DNA of 21,767 bases from positions 1-21,767 of the forward strand of contig JBMFMV010000028.1 of the NCBI GenBank assembly GCA_049970495.1. The letters are read 5' to 3'. Below the pieces are notes generated by a model. That model had not been told where the DNA came from. It worked only from the letters and a program-made list of their open reading frames with translations, and ran no database searches. This document shows, piece by piece, positions 1 through 7,521 of the stretch. The position numbers and the translations under genes are program-made. This DNA comes from a bacterium. GTDB lineage: Bacteria; DUMJ01. Positions within the stretch are counted from its first letter, which is position 1; each line of letters starts with the position of its first letter.

Positions 1-803
1 CACCTAAACGAAGAAGAAGGATGACAACTCCTCCAGAGATTATTGATTTTATTAGAGATCTCAGGGAGAAATATCCAAGAATAGGAAAAGAGAAGATTAA
101 GCCTCTTTTAGATGAATACTGTGAAGAGAAAGAACTAAAGACAATATCAGTCTCTACTATAGGTAAGATTATCAAAAGGTATAAGCTTACCTATCCACCC
201 ACAGGAAGGGTTTATCATAATCCTAATAGTAAATGGGCAAATAAGGGGAGAAGTTATAGGTCGAGGGTAAAGCGTTCACCCAAAGAGAAAGAGGGTGGAT
301 ATATAGAGATAGACTCGATAACAAAGTTTGTTGATGGGATAAGGGTATATGTAATAAACGCAATAGATGTCAAATTCAAATTCAAGTTTGCTTATGCCTA
401 TAGGAGCTTGAGTAGTAACAGTGCGTTAGACTTCTTTAAGAAGCTAGAGGAAGTATACCCATACGAGAGAGGGATAAGGGTTGTGCAAACAGATAATGGT
501 TCGGAATTCTTAGGTGTCTTTGACAAGTACTTAAAAGAGAGAGGAATAGAGCACAAGTTTACCTATCCTAGATGTCCAAAGATAAATGGATACATAGAAA
601 GGGCAAACAGGACATTGAAGGAGGAATTTTTAGAGGGAAATATTTACCTGGTGGCAGAGGGAATAAATGAGTTAAATTCAAATCTTATAGAGTATGTTAT
701 TTGGTATAATACTAAGAGGGTACATAAAAGCTTAAATAATTTATCTCCTACTGATTATATGTTAAAATGTAATCTGGAGTCTCAAATGTATGTAACTCAT
801 ACA
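1..803 (+). mobile_element. IS481-family insertion sequence, right part (left end outside the window)
   Basis: It encodes an rve/integrase-core DDE transposase. The likely right end reads ...GTCTCAAATGTATGTAACTCATACA, ending at 803, i.e. 5'-TGT on the opposite strand as is typical of IS481-family termini. The left inverted repeat is not visible, so the boundary is inferred. Confidence 0.75.
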
Positions 804-812
804 TATCATTGA
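3..812 (+). CDS. IS481-family DDE transposase (integrase core), 5'-truncated by the window
   Basis: Motifs YIEIDS, VQTDNGSEF and KINGYIERANRTLKEE give the D-D-E triad; WYNTKRVHKSLNNLSP is the typical C-terminal motif. The frame is open upstream of ATG 21 (CCT AAA CGA AGA AGA AGG = PKRRRR), so the true start lies before the window. The stop is TGA at 810-812. Confidence 0.92.
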   Translation, partial: PKRRRRMTTPPEIIDFIRDLREKYPRIGKEKIKPLLDEYCEEKELKTISVSTIGKIIKRYKLTYPPTGRVYHNPNSKWANKGRSYRSRVKRSPKEKEGGYIEIDSITKFVDGIRVYVINAIDVKFKFKFAYAYRSLSSNSALDFFKKLEEVYPYERGIRVVQTDNGSEFLGVFDKYLKERGIEHKFTYPRCPKINGYIERANRTLKEEFLEGNIYLVAEGINELNSNLIEYVIWYNTKRVHKSLNNLSPTDYMLKCNLESQMYVTHTYH

Positions 813-836
813 CAACCTAAATAAACGAGCTATAAT
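809..836 (+). promoter_or_regulatory. sigma70/sigmaA promoter for the ABC transporter operon
   Basis: Perfect consensus TTGACA (809-814), 16-bp spacer, TATAAT (831-836). Confidence 0.88.
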
Positions 837-906
837 TTAGTTAGGGGAAATGGAATGAAAGGGGATGAGAGTGGAAAGAAGAATATGGTAGTCTTAATGT
901 TTTGAA

Positions 907-1071
907 AGGTAACTTCAGTCAAGTTAACCTAAAAAGGTAGGGTTTAGATAGCAGTCTTAGAGGGATTTAAACAGTAGGATTGAAGTAAAAAGTTGCTATC
1001 TAGAAAGTTGTTAAGATTAGAAGAGGTCTGAGAGCCTCTAAAAATCTATCATATGAGGAGGACTTAGAGTT
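907..1071 (+). promoter_or_regulatory. Structured 5' leader, candidate cis-regulatory RNA
   Basis: Inverted repeats at 907-915/921-930, 945-953/994-1002, 1014-1018/1043-1047 and 1022-1026/1035-1039. Shine-Dalgarno GAGGAGG at 1055-1061. I do not recognise a known riboswitch class. Confidence 0.4.
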
Positions 1072-2988
1072 ATGAAGAAGTGTCTAGTAGGATTGGTTGT
1101 GTTGAGTTTGGTGCTTAGCATTTTTGTAGGCTTTGGTTCTATCTCTTTTGCTCAGAAGAAGTATAATGAGTCTCCGATGCTTGCTGAGCTAGTAAAGGCT
1201 GGTAAGCTTCCACCGGTAGAAGAAAGATTGCCAGAGGAACCGTACGTAGTTGGGCCTGATAAATTAATCCTTGAAAAGTCTCTTCCTTTCGAAGTTGGTA
1301 AGTATGGTGGTACCTTGAGATATGCTCAGCCTGACCCTAATTTTGATCCAATGATTTTTATCGGAATGAATGAACCTTTAATATGGGCTCCAGGAGGTTT
1401 TCATTTCGAAAAGGGGATAGAAGGTAATGTACTTAAGGGGTTTAAAGCTAGCCCAGATAACAAAAGTTTTACCTTTTATCTACGTAAAGGGCTAAAATGG
1501 TCTGATGGTTATCCTGTCACTACTGAAGATGTAAAGTTTGCCTGGGAAGATGTATTATTGAATGACAAATTAACTCCTGTTTTCCCTCTATGGTTAAGGG
1601 GTGGAAACAGAGCTGATGGCAAACCAGCTAAATTGGATATTATCGATAAGTACACATTTCGTATAAGTTTTGACGAGTCATATGGGGCATTTCCAGCAAT
1701 GCTAGCTATAAGCCAATGGAGGGGATATGGTGAGTTTCTTATCCCTGCTCATTATGCAAAGCAGTTTCATGTTAAGTATACTCCTCTAAAAGACCTAGAA
1801 CCTCTTATTGAGAAAGCAGGTTATCAAAAAGGAGAATGGTGGAACTTATTTAACTTAAAGGTTATTACAAGCTTATGGAAAGACACTAATCCTAGCACTA
1901 TAGGTTGTCCAGCGCTTACTCCATGGATAATGGTAAAAGCTGAGAAGGGAGTCTTCATATATGAGCGGAATCCGTATTACTTTAAGGTAGATACTGCAGG
2001 TAATCAGCTCCCTTACATTGATAAAATTCAGTCTATTTTGATACAGGACTTTCAGATGCTTACTATGAAAGGATTAAGTGGAGAGGTAGATTACATTGGT
2101 GAAAGGTCAACTATGAAAGACTTACCTTTACTCAAACAAAATGAAGCTAAAGGAAATTATAACGTAGCGATACTCCAAATGCATAGGACCCCTACTACGA
2201 TCTTTTTAAATTTAACCTATAATGATCCTGTGTGGCGCAAAGTTGTAAGAGATGTTAGATTCAGAAAAGCATTGGCTATGGCTATAAACTATAAAGAGCT
2301 AATAGATACATTTTATCTCGGTTTTGCTTCTATTCCTAAGGCAACTCCTGGTGAATATAACCCTACAGAAGCAAACAAACTTCTTGATGCAGTAGGACTT
2401 AAGAAACGTGATGCAGAAGGCTATAGGCTAGGACCTGACGGAAAGAGATTTACTATTCTTTTTGAGGTTCCGGGACTCTCTGTTGAACATTTACCTATTA
2501 CTGAGATGGTAGCGGAATATTGGAAAAAGGTTGGAATTTATACAACGGTGAAAAAGATAGAATCTTCTCTATGGGGGCAGCGTAATGCGGCAAACGAATT
2601 ACAAGCTACAACACTATGGTGTCACGAAACTATATGGTCTTCCCTTGGTTGGGATGATTTTCTTCCAAGTAATTTTTGGGGACCTTTATGGTCTAGGTGG
2701 TACAATACAGGAGGAAAAGCTGGCGAAGAGCCACCTCCAGAAGTTAAAAAGCTTTATACTCTATATGCTCAACTTTTAAAAGTACCAGTTGGTTCTTCTA
2801 AGAGTAAACAGATATTAGATGAGTTATACTCTAATCTTCGTAGAAATGTATTCTTTATTAATATAGCTGAAAGATCCTATTATCCTACTATTTTCTCCAA
2901 ACGATTAGGAAATGTCCCTGCTGGAAAGTGGGATGACCTTGGAATTATTAATATGTATTCTATGGAAGAGTGGTTCTTTAAAGAATAA
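1072..2988 (+). CDS. ABC transporter substrate-binding protein, family 5 (OppA/DppA-like; oligosaccharide- or peptide-binding)
   Basis: Sec signal peptide ending ..SISFA|QKK with no lipobox; ESPMLAELVKAGKLPPVEERLP N-terminal motif; GKYGGTL; LRKGLKWSDGYPVTTEDVKF; ERNPYYFKVDTAGNQLPYID; strong SD. Confidence 0.93.
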   Translation: MKKCLVGLVVLSLVLSIFVGFGSISFAQKKYNESPMLAELVKAGKLPPVEERLPEEPYVVGPDKLILEKSLPFEVGKYGGTLRYAQPDPNFDPMIFIGMNEPLIWAPGGFHFEKGIEGNVLKGFKASPDNKSFTFYLRKGLKWSDGYPVTTEDVKFAWEDVLLNDKLTPVFPLWLRGGNRADGKPAKLDIIDKYTFRISFDESYGAFPAMLAISQWRGYGEFLIPAHYAKQFHVKYTPLKDLEPLIEKAGYQKGEWWNLFNLKVITSLWKDTNPSTIGCPALTPWIMVKAEKGVFIYERNPYYFKVDTAGNQLPYIDKIQSILIQDFQMLTMKGLSGEVDYIGERSTMKDLPLLKQNEAKGNYNVAILQMHRTPTTIFLNLTYNDPVWRKVVRDVRFRKALAMAINYKELIDTFYLGFASIPKATPGEYNPTEANKLLDAVGLKKRDAEGYRLGPDGKRFTILFEVPGLSVEHLPITEMVAEYWKKVGIYTTVKKIESSLWGQRNAANELQATTLWCHETIWSSLGWDDFLPSNFWGPLWSRWYNTGGKAGEEPPPEVKKLYTLYAQLLKVPVGSSKSKQILDELYSNLRRNVFFINIAERSYYPTIFSKRLGNVPAGKWDDLGIINMYSMEEWFFKE

Positions 2989-2993
2989 GAAAA

Positions 2994-3035
2994 TTTTAGG
3001 GTAGCCAGGTGTTTGAAAGCCTGGTTACCCTAAAA
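2994..3035 (+). other. Intercistronic stem-loop (mRNA stabiliser or partial attenuator)
   Basis: TTTTAGGGTAGCCAGG (2994-3009) pairs with CCTGGTTACCCTAAAA (3020-3035): 16 bp with one G-U pair. No U-tract follows on the + strand. Confidence 0.75.
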
Positions 3036-3066
3036 ATCACAAAAAAAGATTAGGAGGTTTCAAAAA

Positions 3067-4062
3067 GTGCTTTCTTTTATTATTCGGCGCATTTTAATGT
3101 TCATACCTTTATTATTAGCTATTTCGGTAATATCTTTTGTTATTATTCAGCTCCCTCCAGGAGATTTTTTAACTACTATGATCACTCAGATGAAAATGTC
3201 TGGGATTGAACTAGCAGAAGATCAGGCTGCTCAGTTAGCTCGACTGTATGGTTTAGATAAACCATTATATATTCAATATTTTATATGGATGAAAAACCTT
3301 CTACATGGTAATTTAGGAAGGTCTTTTCAATGGAATAAGCCAGTAAATGAGATATTGGCAGAGCGTGTACCATTTAGTATGCTTATTTCTATTATGTCTA
3401 CAATATTTGTTTGGACGACAGCTATTCCAATTGGGATTTATTCTGCTCTTCGTCAATACTCTACATTTGACTATATATTTACATTTTTAGGCTTTATAGG
3501 GCTATCTATGCCTGGTTTTCTCCTAGCTCTAATACTTATGTGGTTTTTCTATAGTTCTTTTGGAATTAGTATAACAGGACTTTTCTCTCCTCAATATATT
3601 ACTGCCCCATGGAGTATAGCAAAAGTAATAGATATGCTTAAACATATTTGGCTTCCTGTTATAATTATTGGTATTTCTGGTACTGCCGGACTGATCCGTA
3701 CTATGCGTGCCAATTTACTTGATGAGTTAAGAAAACAGTATGTCATTACTGCTCGTGCCAAAGGCTTACCTGAAAGAAAACTCATATTTAAATATCCAGT
3801 AAGGATAGCAATAAATCCCCTAATAAGTACTATTGGATGGATGTTACCTGGAATCTTTTCGGGAGAGACATTAGTTTCTATTGTACTAAATATCCAGACA
3901 GTGGGTCCTGTGCTATTAAGAGCAGTGATGTCACAAGATATGTATTTAGCAGGGAGTATTACAATGATATTAAGCATTCTAGCTATAACTGGGACATTAA
4001 TCTCTGATATTCTGTTAGCTTGGCTAGATCCTAGAATCCGTTATGGAGGTGTTGGGGAATGA
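3067..4062 (+). CDS. ABC transporter permease, OppB/DppB-like
   Basis: FIIRRIL..IPLL start, PPGD, YGLDKPLYIQYF.W, GNLGRS and the EAA-loop region YVITARAKGL; ends WLDPRIRY. GTG start with AGGAGG SD. Confidence 0.95.
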   Translation: MLSFIIRRILMFIPLLLAISVISFVIIQLPPGDFLTTMITQMKMSGIELAEDQAAQLARLYGLDKPLYIQYFIWMKNLLHGNLGRSFQWNKPVNEILAERVPFSMLISIMSTIFVWTTAIPIGIYSALRQYSTFDYIFTFLGFIGLSMPGFLLALILMWFFYSSFGISITGLFSPQYITAPWSIAKVIDMLKHIWLPVIIIGISGTAGLIRTMRANLLDELRKQYVITARAKGLPERKLIFKYPVRIAINPLISTIGWMLPGIFSGETLVSIVLNIQTVGPVLLRAVMSQDMYLAGSITMILSILAITGTLISDILLAWLDPRIRYGGVGE

Positions 4063-5207
4063 AAGATTTAATGAATTCTTCAAATAATGAGGATTCTAGA
4101 GAAGAAGTAGCAATATATAAGGAAGAAGAAAAATTTTATCTTGCTTCTCAATGGCAGTTAATGTGGTGGAAATTTAGAAGGCATAGACTTGCAGTTATAG
4201 GGGGAATTATATTGATGGCTCTTTATATATTGGCAGTATTTTGCGAATTCTTCAGTCCTTATACTCCTTTAACCAGATTTGAAGGTTATCAGGATGCTCC
4301 TCCCACTAAAATTCATTTCTTTGAAAATGGTAAGTTTCAATATCCGTTTATTTATAAGCTAAAGAAAGAATTGAATTTACAGACTTTTCAGTATGTTTTT
4401 ACTGAGGATAAAACACAGAAATATAGAGTTCATTTTTTTATTAAAGGGGAACCTTATAAGCTTTGGGGTATTTTCCCAACCAATATCCACCTCTTTGGTG
4501 TAGAAGAGGGTGTCCCTATATTTCTTTTCGGAGCAGATACTACAGGAAGAGACTTATTTTCTCGCTGTTTATATGGATCACGTATCTCTCTGTCCGTAGG
4601 GCTAGTTGGAGTCTTTTTAAGCTTTGTATTAGGAGTAATAATTGGTGGAGTTTCTGGTTATTTTGGAGGAAACATAGATAATTTTATCCAAAGAACTATC
4701 GATTTACTCATATCAATACCGACTATTCCTCTTTGGATGTCACTTTCAGCTGCTCTACCAAGAAATTGGTCTGTTATAAAGACTTATTTTGCTATTACTG
4801 TATTACTTTCTATTATAGGCTGGTGCGGGCTAGCACGTGTGGTAAGGGGAAAACTATTAAGTCTAAGAGAAGAAGATTTTACTATGGCAGCAAGATTAGC
4901 AGGAGCCAGTGAATGGAGAATTATAACAAGACATTTGCTCCCTTCTTTTGCTAGCCATTTAATAGTATCAATTACATTATCTATTCCCAATATGATCTTA
5001 GGTGAAACTGCTCTAAGCTTTTTAGGATTAGGGATGCAACCTCCAGCAGTTAGTTGGGGGGTCCTTCTGCAGGATGCTCAAAATATACAGTCTGTAGCTC
5101 TTTACCCGTGGAGGCTCATTCCTTGTATCTTTGTTATCTTAGCTGTTTTGGCCTTTAACTTTATGGGTGATGGTCTAAGAGATGCGGCTGATCCATATGC
5201 GAGATAA
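4059..5207 (+). CDS. ABC transporter permease, OppC/DppC-like
   Basis: WWKFRRHRLA, FGADTTGRDLFSR, GSRISL.VG, EAA loop FTMAARLAGAS, ETALSFLGLG, FNFMGDGLRDAADP. ATGA overlap with the upstream permease. Confidence 0.95.
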   Translation: MKDLMNSSNNEDSREEVAIYKEEEKFYLASQWQLMWWKFRRHRLAVIGGIILMALYILAVFCEFFSPYTPLTRFEGYQDAPPTKIHFFENGKFQYPFIYKLKKELNLQTFQYVFTEDKTQKYRVHFFIKGEPYKLWGIFPTNIHLFGVEEGVPIFLFGADTTGRDLFSRCLYGSRISLSVGLVGVFLSFVLGVIIGGVSGYFGGNIDNFIQRTIDLLISIPTIPLWMSLSAALPRNWSVIKTYFAITVLLSIIGWCGLARVVRGKLLSLREEDFTMAARLAGASEWRIITRHLLPSFASHLIVSITLSIPNMILGETALSFLGLGMQPPAVSWGVLLQDAQNIQSVALYPWRLIPCIFVILAVLAFNFMGDGLRDAADPYAR

Positions 5208-5245
5208 TTTTTCAGTGAAAGCTCGACTTAGAATAGGAGGAATTT

Positions 5246-6328
5246 ATGACTAGTAGAGAAAGATTTTGGAATGTAATGGAATACAAACCAGTAGATAGAT
5301 GTTTCTATATAGGTGTTGGTACTTGGCCAGAAACTATTGATCGTTGGAAGAGCGAAGGTTATGACCCTTCTAAGGAGCCTCTCTTTGATACTGACCGTTG
5401 GGTGTGGATAGGGAACTGGTTTTTCCCAAATCCACCATTTGAGAGAAAGATTATTCAAGAAGATGACAGAACTATTCTTTACATAAATCATGAAGGGATA
5501 CTTATGAGAGAAAGAAAAGATAATCCTATGTCTTCAATGCCTCAATTTATCAAGTTCCCAGTTGAAACTAGAGAAGACTTTCGAAAATTTATGAAAGAAA
5601 GAATGCAACCAGACCTGGCTAGTAGGATTGGGAAGGATTATGTTGAAAAGTTGCAGGGCTATAAAGATAGGGACTATCCACTTATAATCATCTCTGATAG
5701 ATGGGGAGGATTCTTTGGACCACTAAGAAATCTGACTGGTGTTGAGAAACTTTGTATGCTCTTCTATGATGATCCTGCTTTTGTAGAGGAAATGATGGAT
5801 GCAATAGCTGATTTTATAATAGCAATGATGGACCAGATTCTAAACTATACCGATATAGATATGTATGGTTTCTGGGAAGATATGTGTTATAAAACAGGAC
5901 CATTAATTAGTCCAGAGTTTGTTAAGAGATATATGTTCCCTAGATATAGAAGAGTTGTAGATTTTCTGCATTCACGAGGGGTAAAGTGGATATCTTTAGA
6001 CAGTGATGGGAATATAACTTCCTTAATCCCTATATGGCTAGAAGCAGGTATAAACTTTTTGTATCCGTTTGAGGTACAGGCGGGGATGGATGTAGTAAAA
6101 GTCAGAAAAACCTTTGGAAAGGAGCTAAGGATGATGGGAGGAATAGATAAAAGGGCTATAGCAGAAGGGCCAGAAGCTATAGATAGAGAGCTTAATAGGG
6201 TAGCTTCGTTAGTGGGGGAGGGAGGATATATCCCAGCCCCAGATCATAGTCTTCCGCCAGATGTATCATTTAAGAATTATTGCTATTATATGGAGAGATT
6301 AAAGGACTTAGTAGATGGGAGATTATAG
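5246..6328 (+). CDS. Uroporphyrinogen decarboxylase-fold (URO-D / MtaA-CmuA-like superfamily) protein, function unknown
   Basis: MTSRERF..VDR N-terminus, WEDMCYKTGPLISPE, LDSDG, GGIDKR, GGYIPAPDHSLPPDVSFKNY. AGGAGG SD. Confidence 0.85.
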   Translation: MTSRERFWNVMEYKPVDRCFYIGVGTWPETIDRWKSEGYDPSKEPLFDTDRWVWIGNWFFPNPPFERKIIQEDDRTILYINHEGILMRERKDNPMSSMPQFIKFPVETREDFRKFMKERMQPDLASRIGKDYVEKLQGYKDRDYPLIIISDRWGGFFGPLRNLTGVEKLCMLFYDDPAFVEEMMDAIADFIIAMMDQILNYTDIDMYGFWEDMCYKTGPLISPEFVKRYMFPRYRRVVDFLHSRGVKWISLDSDGNITSLIPIWLEAGINFLYPFEVQAGMDVVKVRKTFGKELRMMGGIDKRAIAEGPEAIDRELNRVASLVGEGGYIPAPDHSLPPDVSFKNYCYYMERLKDLVDGRL

Positions 6329-7384
6329 ATGAGGGAGATGACTAAGAGAGAAAGGGTAGAACGGACTTTAAATCTTCAGGAGACAGATAGAGTGCCTGTT
6401 TATGACTTACTATACAATGACTCGGTAATAGAGTATTTCACAGGGAAAGCCCCAACCCCTGGTGAAGAAGGGCTAAAAATAACCTGCGAAGCTATATCAA
6501 AGATGCTAGATATGACAAGAAGCGTTACAGGACCCTCAGAGCCAAGAATATATATAAGAGAAGATGGTTTTGTTATTAGACAAGAAAGGTGGACATCTTG
6601 GATAGAAGAGAAACCTTTTAAAGATGAAGAAGGGGCAAGAAAGTGGCTTTTAGAAAGTATAGATAGGCTGAAAAAGACAGATATAGAGGAGATAGCTAAG
6701 GGATATATGTCTTATTTTAATAAGATACTGAGTCACGTGGGGGATACAGTAGTCTTACATGCCCAGACAGGTACAGGACTTGATGAATTAAGATGGGCCC
6801 TTGGAATAGAGTTATTCTCTTATCTTTCAGTTGATGAGCCAGGACTTATCTCTGAATACTTAGACGCATATACAGATTTGCAGGTTAAATTTATACATAA
6901 AATTGCTGATAGGAGACTCTCTCCATGTGCTCTTACCTATGGCGACATTGCTGCTAAGGAAAGATTATTACACTCTCCAGAGTGGCTTAGGAAAGAATTC
7001 TTCCCTAGGCTAAAAAGATTAAATGATGCCTGGCATGAGTATGGAATAAAGTGTCTATTCCATTCTGATGGATACATAATGGAGGTAATACCAGATCTCA
7101 TAGAGACAGGAATAGATGGGCTAAATCCCATAGAGACAGTAGCTGGGATGGACCTAAAAGAGGTAAAAAGGCTATATGGGAATAAGTTGTTTATTGCTGG
7201 TGGGATAGATGTGAGTCAGTTACTTTCAAATGGGACGCCTGAAGAAGTAAGAGAGGTCTGTAAAGAGTCAATCCAAATAGGATATCCAGGGTATTTTATT
7301 GGTTCTACAACAGAATTAGATAATGGAGCAAAACTAGAAAATGTTCTAGCTATGTTAGAGGTTGTCTGGAGTACCAAATTCTAA
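6329..7384 (+). CDS. Uroporphyrinogen decarboxylase-fold protein (second, divergent paralog), function unknown
   Basis: MTKRERV..TDRVP, YGDIA..LLHSP, FHSDG, GIDGLNPIE, GGIDVSQLL..GTPEEV, LENVLAM. It starts immediately after the upstream TAG. Confidence 0.87.
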   Translation: MREMTKRERVERTLNLQETDRVPVYDLLYNDSVIEYFTGKAPTPGEEGLKITCEAISKMLDMTRSVTGPSEPRIYIREDGFVIRQERWTSWIEEKPFKDEEGARKWLLESIDRLKKTDIEEIAKGYMSYFNKILSHVGDTVVLHAQTGTGLDELRWALGIELFSYLSVDEPGLISEYLDAYTDLQVKFIHKIADRRLSPCALTYGDIAAKERLLHSPEWLRKEFFPRLKRLNDAWHEYGIKCLFHSDGYIMEVIPDLIETGIDGLNPIETVAGMDLKEVKRLYGNKLFIAGGIDVSQLLSNGTPEEVREVCKESIQIGYPGYFIGSTTELDNGAKLENVLAMLEVVWSTKF

Positions 7385-7449
7385 GAGGTTCCCTTCTGTT
7401 ATTTATCTCTAAAAATTTATTGTAAAATAAATATTAGCACAAGTTTGTC

Positions 7450-7477
7450 TTGATATATCTTTTTTAATCTGTAAAAT
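7450..7477 (+). promoter_or_regulatory. Putative sigma70 promoter of guaB3
   Basis: TTGATA (7450-7455), 16 bp, TAAAAT (7472-7477), in an AT-rich intergenic region upstream of the GGAGGT SD. Confidence 0.6.
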
Positions 7478-7521
7478 ATGTAGGAATATTAAAGTTAAAA
7501 TTCTGGAGGTGTAAGAATTAA

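Noticed and set aside
21..23. ATG 21 as the transposase start
   Set aside because: The frame is open to the window edge and the N-terminal HTH region expected in IS481 transposases is missing.
855..905. Leader peptides MKGDESGKKNMVVLMF and MRVERRIW
   Set aside because: They have no run of regulatory codons, SD spacing is poor, and ORFs this short are expected by chance.
942..1045. A bona fide CRISPR array
   Set aside because: There is only one repeat-like unit plus a gapped partial match, and no cas genes. It is kept only as a speculative finding.
843..1071. Cobalamin riboswitch, suggested by the methyltransferase-like fold of the downstream genes
   Set aside because: I could not find the B12-box or the conserved GCCACTG and CCCGC-AACTGT core elements.
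5210..5220. Palindrome TTTCA-G-TGAAA between the permease and the first URO-D-fold gene
   Set aside because: The arms are only 5 bp in AT-rich DNA and I noticed no second copy.
5246..7384. Annotation as hemE
   Set aside because: The RQAGR motif is absent and there is no tetrapyrrole gene context.
7385..7440. Intrinsic terminator after the URO-D-fold pair
   Set aside because: Only weak 4-5 bp pairings are present, with no convincing stem plus U-tract.
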